From contig OZ024741.1 of assembly GCA_964016885.1 (NCBI GenBank), positions 346,518,001-346,582,000 on the forward strand: a stretch of DNA of 64,000 nucleotides, read 5' to 3'. The stretch comes from Eledone cirrhosa (Eukaryota). Both the position numbers and the translations under genes were made by a program. This document shows positions 29,142 to 46,702 of this stretch, piece by piece. Below the pieces are notes generated by a model. It was not told the origin of the DNA and made no database searches. It saw nothing but the letters and a program-made list of their open reading frames with translations. The stretch's first letter is position 1, and each line of letters opens with the position of its first letter.

Positions 29142-30297
29142 TGGGCGAAGAAGAAGACATACATACGTACGTATATACATAATGGCTGTAGCAAGATTTC
29201 AAGAATTGTGACCACGTGATCCACTTAACACACATGGGTGGCGCGATCAACATTCTTTATGTATTTACATTCCTTTCTGCGTATGAAGTAATGATGAACA
29301 TTATTTCCACTTAACCTCTCTGTTTTATTTTGTTTAGTTTCAAATGACTTCGGGGTTCACCGGCCGAGGTACATTGTTTTCTACAGTTCCGACAGGGGCA
29401 CATGTGAAAGAGACCACAATTGCCTCTTCTGAATATGGTTTCTATGATGACAACTATGACCACATTTACTAAGACAAATTCAGCTACACTTATTGCATAT
29501 AAAATCATTTTGTGCATATATATATACACACACTTACATGCAAACATATATGTATGTGAAAGAGAAGCACAAATATATGAAATCAATGGCGGCTCGAAAT
29601 ATATAGAGTTAAGAGAAACTATAATGTCAATGATAATGAAGTTAGCAAAAGAATAACGATGACATGTTCCAAGCGATAAATACTCACAAACACCAAGCAC
29701 TTTTCAAACTGATTGAACTTTCTATTTTCAACATGCACTACCGTAGTTAACATTCAGCACTCTGTTATGCATTACATCAGTTAGGTTCTAAACAAATATG
29801 TGTTTTTTTACTTTTCAGAAACCAATTAGAATGTGTTCCCATCGGTAGAAATGTGTGATGCCGTATTAAAAAAAAATCTATTCTGTTCAGAAATTTAAAT
29901 TGTTTATCAGTCGAGGGAATATCACAAACTGTAATAGTTTTCATATATTGCATGGATTTTCGTATTATCTGTTTTACCCAGGTGATTCGTACGTGTTTCG
30001 AAGAAATACAACGTATCGCCTAGATATTATAGCGAATTTGATTAATGTTTAAACGTTATCATATTAGCTTATTTTTTGAGGTTTATTATCAAGAGCTATA
30101 AGAAGTGATTAGCGGCACTATAAACGATACTTAGAAAAAAAATTGTTTTCTTTTGTTTTAAAACTTGTGACAATATGTCTTCTAATTTACTTAGAAATAA
30201 CATAATCATATTAGCCTCACTTAGTAGGTAGGAGAAAGGATTAGTTCAACGTTGATTAAATATATTTTCATCATGAGCAGCATTATTTATCAACCTT

Positions 30298-30490
30298 GGC
30301 TGTGGATTGGCAGTATCGGTATAGGGTTGGACGCCATGCTTATGACGCATAGAGTTACGGCCCTTGCCATTCTGAGTTCAAATCCCGCCGAGGTTAACTT
30401 TGCCTTTCATCCCTACGGGGTCGATAAAATAAAGTACCAGTAATGCACTGGGTAATTGCTGGCCTTGTGCCAAAAATAGAAACAATTATT
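30298..30490 (+). mobile_element. tRNA-derived SINE (Meta/MESC-like core) with TSD
   Basis: TGGCAGTATCGG A box, GAGTTCAAATCCC B box, gcctttcatcc...gtcgataaaataaagtaccag; direct repeat attatttatcaaccttggct at 30282 and 30485. Confidence 0.85.
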
Positions 30491-31420
30491 TATCAACCTT
30501 GGCTTTACAGAACATATTTCCGAAGGTTTTCAAATAAGTGTCCATATAATAGTGTAAATGTTATTCACTGTCACACCACGTTCTCCAAATTACATTAATT
30601 GCTATGTGACAATATTACAAGTAAAACTTTATTGATATGTGAATAAAGAAGTAGAGAAACAAGAGATTTTATCATTCCAATTCATCAAAATATTTTACCA
30701 TATTTCGATTACATCTTACGATTGTAGTTGGCACACTATACAGGTGATATCATATATATATAATCTCCACTGAAATTGTGATTCCAGCCATTTAAGTAAT
30801 TTCTGAGCACGGTAGATCCGTTCGGACTACCACTGGCAGATTGGAATCACAGAAACTAATGTAAATCAAATTATCTGCCTACACAAAATTAACGTATTGA
30901 TGGGAACACTTATTTTGGGGATTTTGAGCCTTAATGAAACAAACTTAACTAAATTAATGAGTAAGATAGAAAACGACCTAAGTTGTGTCGTTCATACTCG
31001 AAACATGGTATGATGCAATGTGTATAATAGTAAAAGTAAAGGCTGGACCGCGAGTTCGGCAGTTTCTGCTACGTACTTTTACTGGTAGGTATCCAAGCTC
31101 ACTTACTTTATATAAGTGGTTTCTGCAGACTCTATCGATATATATATATATTAATGCAATGAAATATCTATGATCGTTGGCAAATCACTGATGAGGGGCT
31201 CATTTTATAACATGTTATCCATGTGCAACCTGCAATATTCTTCTCCCCATTTTTTCACATATAATATATATATATATATATAGTATACTAGGGAGAGGAA
31301 CAGAGGTGTATAACACTCCACTTATCCAGCAGGCAGTATAAGGTTAGCTCAATGTCTGAGGACAGAGCCGTGATATAATAAATAACAAAGAACGCCTATA
31401 GCATATGCATATCTTTACTT

Positions 31421-31466
31421 GCTAACATTGTTTCATCCGCACTATAAGTGGGACTCATCAGAGCAT
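31421..31466 (-). ncRNA. Minimal type I hammerhead ribozyme
   Basis: tgct-CTGATGA-gtcc...ggat-GAAA-caatg-TT-agca. Confidence 0.75.
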
Positions 31467-32085
31467 AAAGGTTAATTACATACCATACAAGCAATAACAA
31501 ATCCAAGACATTGAAGAATGAAAAATAATAATAGACGATAAAGGATATTAAGGAAGTAAAAGTAAAAATAAAGATAAGAATAAAAATAAAAATAAAAATA
31601 AAAATAAAAATAAAAATAAAAATAAAAATAAAAATAAAAATAAAAATAAGATAATAAAATAAACAATGAAAAATAAGCAATGAAGAATAAGGGGTGCTAT
31701 CAGTCACAGTTGGGCGGGGTGCTGTCAACATATAGTTACATACAAGCATACACATGGATAAGAGAACAGACAAGAGTAGATAAGATAGATGGGATTAGGT
31801 AAGAGTAGGTAAAAAATAGGTGAAAAACAGACTTATAATATATATAAGAAAATATAAAGAAATACATAACAAACTTACATATAAAATATAAAATATACAG
31901 ATAATAGTGATACAGGGTAAGGAATGAGATAAAATAATATAAAATTAAAATTAAAATTATATAAAATAGAACATAATATAATATAATCATAAAATAAGAT
32001 AAAATAAGGTAAACTAAAATCAAATAACATAGACTAAATTAAATAAGATATAATTAAATGTATAATTAAATGTAATTAAATGTAA

Positions 32086-32121
<36 letters not shown>

Positions 32122-32161
32122 AAATTAAATAAATAAATAAAATTAAAATTAAAATTTAAAT

Positions 32162-32193
<32 letters not shown>

Positions 32194-33708
32194 ATGGAGT
32201 TAAATAAGTAAATAAATAAAATTAGATAACATGAAATGAAATAAAATAAAATAAAATGAAATAAAGTAAATTGAGATAAGATATATATTTTTTAGAATAT
32301 ATCTCTTGAATATATCAGGGGCCCACGAAGGCACTAAGTGTCACAGTTATGTGTATCACTTGACCATTTTTTAAAAATATATTTCTTGAAAACATCAGGG
32401 GCCCACGAAGGCACTAAGTGTCACAGTCACCAGTATCACTTGACCATTGCAAGGCAATGGAGGCGTCCCAGGTTGGGCAGTCTCAAAAGTTCACTCGAAA
32501 GTCGCGGGTGTGCATTCACACAGTTGAGCGGTGGGGTAATCACAAACCGGTTCACACCCGGGCAGGAGTCCAATGGTCAGAGAGAGGTGCATCGAAGGAA
32601 GGTAGAAGAATTCACGTGCATTAGCAAGCGAGGTGCAGGCGGGTTAGCCAAAGCAAGCAGACACAGTTGTAGCGCATACAAAAGATATATAAAAAGACAG
32701 AAGATATATAAAAAATAGCTTCAAGAGCCATTAAGTCACCGCATTGGGACATCACAAGATTGTACACATCAATATGTTCAGCACGTATATGCACATATAC
32801 ACACCACATGCATATGCAGAGACGGTATACATATATATATATATATTTTTTTTTTTTTATTTTTTTTATATACAGACACATACAACCACCAACACCCATA
32901 CACATATAAATGTATACACGGACACACACGCACACACACACAGCGTAGGACACCCGGGTGAAAGCTGATATTAAACACCGAAATACCACATTAGACCAGA
33001 CCCACCACCACAGGTAATACATTCAAAATAAATACATACGATGAGATGTAGTAAAATAAAGTTGAAATCCTACGGAGATATTCATGTCCGCACGTGCCAT
33101 TGCCCGATTCAAGTGTACACAGACCGTTAGTAACTACGGAGGGCTATCGGGGCCAAAACGTTACTTTCGGGATCATAACAACGACCGTCAATATATGGAA
33201 GGCCGATCGTGCTAGAAAGACTACAACCCCGGGCAAGAGCTCCCAGAGGTCAGCCTGTAGATCTTAAACCACAGAATATGAGGGCAACACGTACATGCGC
33301 CACGTATCCACTGTTTACGGCGGGATGGCACAGGTCCGACCACAGTTACAGGCTAAATTTCTATTAGTGCAGCCTAAATCGCAGTACACGCTTTACATAA
33401 ATACATTACATCACAACTCATGCGCCTACAGAGGTACAGATCAACAAGATATACGTCAGGATAGACCCACCAATGCACCAATGGTGGGTAGGCGAGCGTG
33501 GATGGGTTACATCCACTGTGCCAAACAGGGGTGCTTATTAACATACACACCCACTCACCTGCACACCCCAATATCCAGATCAATATCCTCCCACAGGCAT
33601 ACGTATACATTCACCGACTCGTATACATAGACGACCAACAATAGGAGACAGCTACACACAGTCAGAGACAGTTACACAAGACAGCCCAACTGGAGGAACA
33701 AGGAAGTG

Positions 33709-35340
33709 CTAGTTAACAGGTTTAAAGTAGAAGAAAGAGCTTAATATTCGGTGGGGGCAAGAGGAAAATATTTCAGACTTTCTATTTAGTAGAGGGCATT
33801 TAGCAATTATAATAGAGTGGGATTCGGCAAGGCATAGGTTACATACTCTATTATGAGGAGTATATGGATGGGATTTAGCAACCTGCCGCCAAGTAAGTGT
33901 GTAATGTGTTCGTGCATTTTTTAAATTATGGACATACGCTGCCAAGGAGGTGGAGTTCCTCAGTTTATTATGTCTAAAAGTGCATTGGTGAGAGTTAAAC
34001 CTGGTCTTAAAGGGGGTGGAGGTTGATCCTATATAGGTCTTAGTGGACGCCGTAGTTACTACATCACACGCATAAACTATGTCTCTAACAAGGCAGAAAC
34101 CATTCAGGGGGCAGCCTGAAGCCCTTCTACAGTTACAACCTCTGGTGATGCTATTCTCAGAATGATCACCACTTGTGTTTCTGCCCACTCTGTCCACTAC
34201 CGTGTTTTCACCTAGGCTTAGGTTGTCCAGGCCTTCCTTTATTTTCTTATTATTAGTAATGGCCAGATGAGAGGCCAGATTTTGGGTTGTAGAATACGAA
34301 AGTTTAACAACATTCTTATTGAGGATAGAGTGGTACCTATTACCAGGAGGGAAGTTCCTTTCTAACACAGAGAAGGCCCTAGGAATATTTATAGCCACTT
34401 CAGAATTGAAAGGGGGGTTGAAGTATGTATTCAATCTTCTTCTATTCTTTTTATTCTTTCTATTTCCATCAGTATTATTAGCATTATTATTTCTACGGTT
34501 CCTATGCTCACCTAGTCTATGCGGGGAGCTGCGAGGCCTACCATTGCTATTACTTAGACTAATGGTGCCCTGCTGGTTCATTCCACCGGCATCTAGAAAC
34601 CTCCCATTCACGACACCTCTATTGCTATTACTTAGACTAATGGTGCCCTGCTGCTTCATTCCACCGGCATTTAGAACCCTCCCATTCGCGACACCTCGAT
34701 TACCAATGGACATATTATGTGTTATAACAACACCGGTAGAGCTACTATTAGGACCATTATTTCCCTGGGTGTAATACAATTTGTCTCTAAAGCCGGATCT
34801 AGCTAAGGCGTCATTATAGTAATCAGCCTGCGAGTCAAACGCCTCCTCACTATGTGAGAGTGAACTTATTCTGTTAGATACGCCCTTCAGTATACCGCTG
34901 ATGACCGACCTAGGGTGGTTGGAGTTGGTATTCACGTAAGTCAGCAATTCATTAGGCTTATGGTACGGTGTGTACGTATGGTTATCCAAGTGCAGTGTAA
35001 CATCCAGGAAGTTCACAGTTCTATCATTTATATCCATAGTAATGGATAGGTTAAATGTTTAAAAAAAACTATGCAGCTTTTTCCTAATGCGCACTATATT
35101 ATACTTACTAGTATCTATGGAGAGTAGGGCGTCATCCCGGTACAACCCGCCCCTAAGGAAAGGGAAGTTACTATGCAGTTCATTGAGGAGGTATAGCCCA
35201 ACTAAGTCGGTGACTTGAGCAGAGTCACTCGACCCCATAGTAATGTCAAAATTATCAGGTGTGTTTTTTCTCGTCCATAGATTATCCTCAAACATGATAA
35301 TGGTTTTACGTGCAGCGAGAACAATGTCTATCTGTGGCAT
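33709..35340 (-). pseudogene. Naiad-type PLE RT/GIY-YIG ORF, one in-frame TAA at 35059
   Basis: FDITMGS..AQVTDLVGLYLL, GLYRDD, VNFLDVTL, NSNHP, YFNPPF, CNCRRASGCPLNGFC..IVY..YIG..FKTRFNSH, CNLCLAE, LLNRKSE..CPH. Confidence 0.9.
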
Positions 35341-35479
35341 ATATATATATATATATATATTAATAAAAGAAATTCCAACTTTGTCTGATTTACTCGTTTT
35401 ATTTACAATCCTTTAAAATTATAATGGTATTAGAATAAAATAGTATGGTAGAATATTAAATGTTAAGTGTTAATTTAAA

Positions 35480-35580
35480 TCGCTGCTTTTACCCTTAACG
35501 GGATCTTCGGAAGATCCCGTTAAGGGAAAAAGCAGCGATTCTTTTCTTAAACTTTAATCTGTTATTTTAATAAATAAACA
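35480..35580. repeat. Palindrome centred inside an HHR core
   Basis: cgctgcttttacccttaacgggatcttc-g-gaagatcccgttaagggaaaaagcagcg. Confidence 0.7.
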
Positions 35581-35685
35581 TATATATATATATAATATAT
35601 ACATACATATATGCCATTATTGGCAACATGACCCTCTCAAAGTATAACAATATATATATATACACACACGCATATATATATATAT

Positions 35686-39197
<3,512 letters not shown>

Positions 39198-39417
39198 CGT
39201 GTGTGTGCGTAAAGTAGGATTTTACCAATTTTAAACTAGTAAGACCATTATTCAGCAGAGTACTCGATATTCAGGTTAGTACAGTGTGACTATATCAGAG
39301 AGGTTCGGAGCCGAACGACTGAGCATTTGCCATTTCGACAGCAAACTCCAGACTGAGTCTGAAATTCACTGTCGAAATGGTAAGAACACAGCCGTCGTGA
39401 CCCCACACACTTTGTCG

Positions 39418-39495
<78 letters not shown>

Positions 39496-40162
39496 ATATA
39501 TATATATACATAGTGTAGTATACGTAAATATGCAAGCTGTAGAGCATCTCATGTCCGTAGGAGGAGTTAGAATATAATTATTCAGGTCAGTACTACAACA
39601 GCGCTATACCAAGTAGGTACGTTTCTTTGATCGTGGATGACTAACTTTTTCCATGGTCAACAAAACGTACGTACCTGATATGGCGCTGTTGTATTACTGA
39701 CCTGAATAATTATACATATATATAGAATATGAAAATGCGAAGTAGCTTCAGATGTTAAAGTGCTTTATTGATAAGGCTGTGATACATATATCAATGACGA
39801 CAGTTGCCACACTACTCCCATATCCAGTGCCATTATATCATCAGACAGATTCTTACCTAATAAGGTTACGTTATCGAGGCAATTCAAATTGAAACGACAG
39901 GGAACGTACAAAGATGATGTTCCTGAAGTCTTCCCCCATATATAAATATATATATATATACACTCGTAGGAATGTGTATTTGCATATCTAGCGATATACT
40001 GTATGTTTACGAATAAACATTTCAAACCTTTTAGCTATGAATGTTGGATTAAAACAACCACAGTACTTGACTTATATGTTATTTTCTTTACTACGAAAAG
40101 TTGAAAGAGAAATCTAAGACCGTTTCGTAGATATAAACATTAACATCATTTCATTATTATAT

Positions 40163-40345
40163 GGCGGTGGATTGGCAGTATCGGTAGAGGGTTGGACGCC
40201 ATGCTTTCCAGCATAGTTACGTCCCTTTATGATCTGAGTTCAAATCACCCCGAGGTTGACTGTGCCTTACGAGGTCGATAAAATAAAGTACCAGTAATGC
40301 ACAGGGTAATTGCTGGCCTTGTGCCTAAAGTAGAAACAATTATTA
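40163..40345 (+). mobile_element. tRNA-derived SINE with 12-bp TSD
   Basis: Same family as 30298; attattatatgg at 40153 and 40339. Confidence 0.85.
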
Positions 40346-41150
40346 TATGGTATTTGGAATTTCAAGGCATATGATTAAGATGTAGGAGTTCATATTTTGT
40401 AATATGAAATGAAAGTTCAGACATAACTTATTAAGTATAAGATATTAGCTTTTAAATGTTGACAACTGTACTGTATATCTTGATATTCATGTTTAGGCTT
40501 TTTGAATGTTATAAAATTAAAGTGGGTTGTTTCACTATTATAATATAAAATTATAATTTCGCTATGGTAAACATGATAATGCTATTTTGAGAATAAGTTC
40601 CGAAACGAAAATCATCATTTTTACAATAGCGTCATCCGTTCAGCAAACAAACGTATTGTACTGATGATAGTTGAATATGATCTTCGTTTCAATGCTTTTG
40701 AAGCTTATCTATGTTAGGATGCGCTATAGTAATGGAAGATATGTGCAACTGTGGATCTGATATTGAATGGATTATCAGGACAGATAAGTGAGCTACGTAG
40801 TTGCTGGATACTATAAATATTAATGTAGAGAGTTTTTTTGTTTTCCCTGTATTTTCTCTTTATTTCTTAGGGTAAAGTGTTGGAACATTAGCTGAATATA
40901 GTATGTTTGATGAATAGCTGCATGGAACATTAGCTGAATATAGTATGTTTGATGAATAGCAGCAGAATGATTAGACGTTATTATTTCATAACATTCTGCC
41001 CTTTGAATATTCTATTGCCTAGATCAGTATAATTCACGGATAATCAAGGCTTTTGTACTGGCAATATTCGGTAATATTGCCAGTACAAAAGCGTTGATTA
41101 TCCGTGAATTATACTGATCCAGGCAATAGAATATTCAAAGGGTAGAATAG

Positions 41151-41340
41151 GGCGGTGGGTTAGCAGTATCGATAGAGGGTCTGACGCCATGCTTTGCAGC
41201 AAACCGTTACGGCCCTTTATGGTCTGAGTTCAAATCCCGCCGAGTTTAACTTTGCCTTTCATCCTTACGGGGTCGATAAAATAAAGTACCAGTGATACAC
41301 TGGGATAATTGCTGGCCATGTGCAAAAAGTAGAAACAATG
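41151..41340 (+). mobile_element. tRNA-derived SINE
   Basis: Same family; preceded by an inverted duplication of its flank. Confidence 0.85.
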
Positions 41341-41436
41341 TTACCGAATATTCATTGGTGAACATAGGTTTTAACGCTATCCATAAATAACTACCATGCA
41401 AGTTATACCATTTATTATAGTTGCATATTGTATAAC

Positions 41437-41622
41437 AATAATCGTTTCTACTTTAGGCATAAGGCCAGCAATTACCCAGTCCATTACTGGTACTTTATTT
41501 TATCGACCCCGTAAGGATGAAAGGCAAAGTCAACCTCGGTGGGATTTGAACTCAGATCGTAAAGGGACGTAACTATGCTGGAAAGCATGGCGTCCGACCC
41601 TCTACTGATACTGCCAATCCAC
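41437..41622 (-). mobile_element. tRNA-derived SINE
   Basis: Reverse-complement copy of the same family; further fragments at ~28335-28385 and 58365-58435. Confidence 0.85.
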
Positions 41623-42739
41623 GTAGGCAAAAGTAATCGCTGACGGCATATTTTTACCTGCCAGATTGTCAGAAGTAATGCCGAAGAGGTAAATTATTTC
41701 TCCTGAAAACTGTAATTATGTTCGTTTTGACTTTTCTTATCATTTCATTGTTTAGTACAGAGGAAATAACAGCTGTAAGCGAGTGGGATTTGAGTAAGTA
41801 TTGAAAAAAGAAAAAAAGATAGTAAAGTATATTCTTAGCAATGTTGATTTCCAAAACCATTTGTATTCCACTCTCATTATAACTACACTGACATTTAGTA
41901 CCTAGCTCTATGAACTCTCTCTTATATTAATCAAAATGTCATTTTGTCAACAACACCTAAACTGCTGTGAATAAGAATTTATATTGTATATCACAGTTTT
42001 ATATTACCTAGAAAGATCATCTCACCGTTATAAAACAGACAGGTATATAGACTTCAGTTGGAACACTACAGATGTATTTTTTGTTATATGTGCCATGCAT
42101 TTACTAATTTACTATGCATTTATTCTTTACTATTTTAGAGTGAAAATGTTTGTGTGATGTTGCATGGCAGCAAAATATATTTTGAAATACCCCCCCCCCC
42201 ACACGCACACACACACATGCACACACAGACACGCACAGACACACAGACACAGACACACTCAGACACACATACACACATGTACATATGTATGTATGTATGT
42301 TTCTTCGATTGGTTCCGCCAAACTTTATGAATGTAGGATCCTAAATGAAAAAATGAAAACGAAATGAACAATAAATTTAAACTGAGTATATAGAAATAAT
42401 ATTACATTGCTGATTTGTTTTCATTGTCCGTACAAAGAATTATTTGGTATCACGTTGATGTGGTGACTTTCAATATTTGATCTGTTAATTGAACAGTGAT
42501 GTTTTGTTAGCGAGTAGTAAACACGCTGGGATACGTCAATTTTTATCTGTTGTCGTGAAGTTATGAATTAATTCTCTTGTCATTTGCTTCTCATAAGATG
42601 AATGCGTTCCTTAAATGTAAGAACTAAAATACTCGTTAAAATAAGATTGATTGATTTATTTTACTTTTCAGTGGGTCGGAAAATGGAAATCAGAAATGCC
42701 ATTTGAATGCTTGAGTAAAAGCCCTTTTGGGTGTTACCT

Positions 42740-44075
42740 CATATTCGACTATCCCCCAAACAGCAATTACTCTTGTGTTTTCTCTACCATCACGTCAGCC
42801 TCACTATGAGAATTGCAGTTGCGCTGTAAGAACACTAACCAGAAGATCCAGGAAGTATGGGGAAAAGGAAATATCCCTACAGAAACTGAAGAAAAAACAC
42901 CAGTACTTCAATCGAGAAATTGTTTAAAGAATATAAAGAATTGAAAAAATGAGAAATCAAGGATCACAGATAAAGCAACTGCAAAGCGTAACATTTGGAA
43001 AGAAGATCTCGAGGAAATATTGTCATTGCAAGCCAGGACGATTTCGAACACGAAAGGATGTTCCATCTGAAGACAAAGCTTTCCATGAGTTATAGCGGCA
43101 AGACCGGACATTTTCATTCATGGCTGGTGTTGATGCCGAATATGTAAGAGCCATTCAGAAGAAGGAAAATATGATTTACGCTATGAAATTGTGAAAGTGA
43201 AAGCAAAGCAGGACGAAGAATTCAAATAGATGTCCGAGAAAGTAGCTCTTGAAATTTCGTCATCCAGCTCAGCTATTACTGATGATGATGATAAAATATT
43301 AAGGTCATTCCCGCCCAGAAAATTGCTGCAAATAAAGTTGACACTCAACGCCACTCTTGTTTCCAGGTGGGAATGTGAGAAACAATCGGTACTACAAGCA
43401 AGTATTTCTTACATGGCAATTACTGTGTCTAATATTTCGATTTCCCACTCAATTATTTTTCGAGGAAGAAATAGTAACTGTGAGTTAGTGGCACAGGAAA
43501 TCGAGCCATCCGTTTTCCCACATGAAGACAGATACTGGCTAGTCTGTCACTGCGATGGGGAATTACTGCTATCGGTTTCCAGATCCAGCACACTCGAAGA
43601 TTGGATTGCAGTTTTAGTTAGAGGAAAAGGAAATACGGAACTCTTGTGTTCATATTGCAAGCGATAGAGCCGCACAAAAAATTGATGCAATTGTTTTTAA
43701 GGAAATTCAACGACTAAAGTTTGAGCACAGATTAATTGGTATGTCCTACGAAACAACCGCCAGTAACATCAGCATACACCAAGGAACCAAAACAAACTGT
43801 GAAACCTCTAAAAATTCCCTTTTGTGGCTGGTTTACAGCCATCACATTTAAAAAAAAGGTTTTGAAGAAACTCAGTGCGATAGTTTTCCCATAATCTAAT
43901 CCTGGTATTCCAATGTTAAAAAAAGTTGGAACTCCTTCGATAAGTCTTATTATCAAACTATCATGGATGATGACGGGCTCATGGCAATTTTTACAAGCAA
44001 AACAGAAGGAATACGGTTGAATATCTACTGACTGAACTGCTTTCTGGAGATTATCCCTGAGAATAATATGCCGAG
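42740..44075 (+). pseudogene. Decayed hAT-like (hATm-type) DDE transposase
   Basis: VCHCDGELLLS..DWIAVLV, LIGMSYETTASNISIHQG and LWLVYSHHI resemble VHWDGKLL, FDTTASNTG and LACRHHI; many stops. Confidence 0.55.
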
Positions 44076-44130
44076 TACATAATACTCTCCCTTCTCTATC
44101 TTGGTTGTTGGCCACCTCCTCACTTTTCCT

Positions 44131-44486
<356 letters not shown>

Positions 44487-44915
44487 TATACACATATATA
44501 TATATATATATATACATATTTATACACATTTCTATTTGCATTATATAGTGAGACATATAATAAAGAGAGAGGGGGAGAGATATGAAGAGAGGTATATTGT
44601 GATAAATGCTGAGAGCAATGGAGTGTATCTAGATCAAATTCACTATTTGAGAGGAGAGATTGAGAATAATGCAAATCATCTAAAGAGCAAATGTGAAAGA
44701 AATGGAAGCAATATAGCTTGCTATTTATAATAGGGAGAATAGTCAGATTATGTATGTGAAGTGTATCGAATGAAAACATCCCCCGTAGGTGCGCACACCC
44801 CACAGTAATGGTCACTCACTTAATTTCCGTTTTTTGTTCTTAGTCACGTGCATTAGTTTCACCTGCGTTATTCTATATTCCTCCTTTCTTATCTTTAACT
44901 TTTGTTATTCCGCCA

Positions 44916-45003
<88 letters not shown>

Positions 45004-46702
45004 CAACAAAGAAAGTGTGGTAAGAAACCAGGTGGACCATTACGCACCAGAGTGTATATATATATATAAATATATATATATGTTTGTGTCGCCTTACCTT
45101 CTAACACTATATATATATATAGCGAGAGAGAGAGAGAGAGCGCGAGAAAGAAAATGAGAGTTCCTTAACTTTTACTACTTCAACTAATTTTCTATTACAT
45201 ACCATATTTCTATTTACATTACTTTCTGTTCTTTATCAGCTTCTCCTTTTTACCGAGACCCACATATTCTATGTGTATGTTATAGTTCTCTTTATTTTGA
45301 ACGTCCTATTGTGTTTTGCTATTGTTTTATTCATTTTCATGAAAATGCATATTCATAATATCAATATTGCATCGTCTGTTTTATTCGATCTCTTATCGAA
45401 TGCCCACTTGCTTTCAGATTTTATTTTATATTGTTTTTTCCTGGTCGAAAATGGACGCCAAAATGACGCGATCGAGCAAGCAAATGCCAGACGAATATTG
45501 AAATAAATGAAGCATCGATAAGATAAAGAACTGCATATAGAAAGAATTAAAGAAGGAAAGCGGGGTGAAGGAGACAAAAATTAATGAAGGATGATAAGTA
45601 AATTGGTCGGATTATTATAAACAAGAGAAACATAAAAGTGATTATTTAAACGTACTCAGACAAAATGAAACACAGACGGAATAATGAGTACTAGAAACGT
45701 AGAAGAGATTAACAAAACACACAATAACTTAAAGAAGAAATAACTGAAGGAAACATGTAAACGCAGAACACAAACTATGCAGGTGAATGTAAATTTGATA
45801 GAAACGAATCGATGAGAGAACGGACATTTTGAGAATCTAGTAAGCGATGAAGATATCGACATTAAGAATGAAATAATAATGAAACACAAATATCGAAGAA
45901 AGAAAGATATGTATGAAAGAAAATATGTCAAACAGGAAGCAAATCAACAAAGAATATAAATAAATAAATAACATGAATGAGTGAAAGAAAGAAATATACT
46001 AAATACAAACTATATGAGGGACAGATATGAGAAGAATTAATAATATATAGCAAAAAAATGAAATGCAATTTTCAAGGAGATTTGAAGACGGGAAATTGTG
46101 ACATTCATTAGACTCTCACACCACAAAAAGAAATATATATAACTATATTAGTGTGCTACTTTTACACATGCCCTCACCTCCTTCTTGTACAAATAAAGAA
46201 ATATTGGAAGGAAAGATATACATTAATTATCAAATGTCCGGACGTCAAATATATTCAGTCAAATGATGTGTTAACATAGTAAAATCCTTTCAAATCACGC
46301 TTTATGAATAGATACGATGTTTGTATTTGAATGTTTAGTTTGTTTGCTTCATATTTCATTTCAATTTGTTTATTTTTTATTCATCTTCATCGACCAGAAT
46401 AAGAATAGCCAATATTTCCTTGTGTAATTAATTATGTATAATATATCTGGCCATTGTTAGGAGGATGGTTTCTCCGTCATATTTCTTTAGATCTAAAGTA
46501 ATATAATACGTAGAAATTATAAATAATAGAAACAAAGCAGCACCGAATGATTTAACTCTTCACTTGTTCATTCTCGAAGAAACATGGTATCTTCAAGATG
46601 GTGTATTTGGCATTGAGATGGTTTGACAAGACAAGGTGTTGAATTAGGAAAGTCCATGTATCTCTTTCTCTCGTTCTCTCTTTCTCTGTATATATATATA
46701 TA

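Larger units (their letters stand above)
31282..35340 (-). mobile_element. 5'-truncated Naiad-type Penelope-like element with long 3' region
   Basis: RT and GIY-YIG ORF, then ~2.2 kb non-coding, HHR at 31421-31466 and bulged hairpin at 31347-31368; (TA)n at both ends. Confidence 0.8.

Noticed and set aside
31186-31200. HHR core CTGATGA
   Set aside because: No downstream stem II/GAAA; at most a truncated relic.
31470-35340. Selenoprotein/SECIS as known in some Naiads
   Set aside because: No in-frame TGA in the visible ORF (the only stop is TAA) and no convincing SECIS by eye; the N-terminus is missing.
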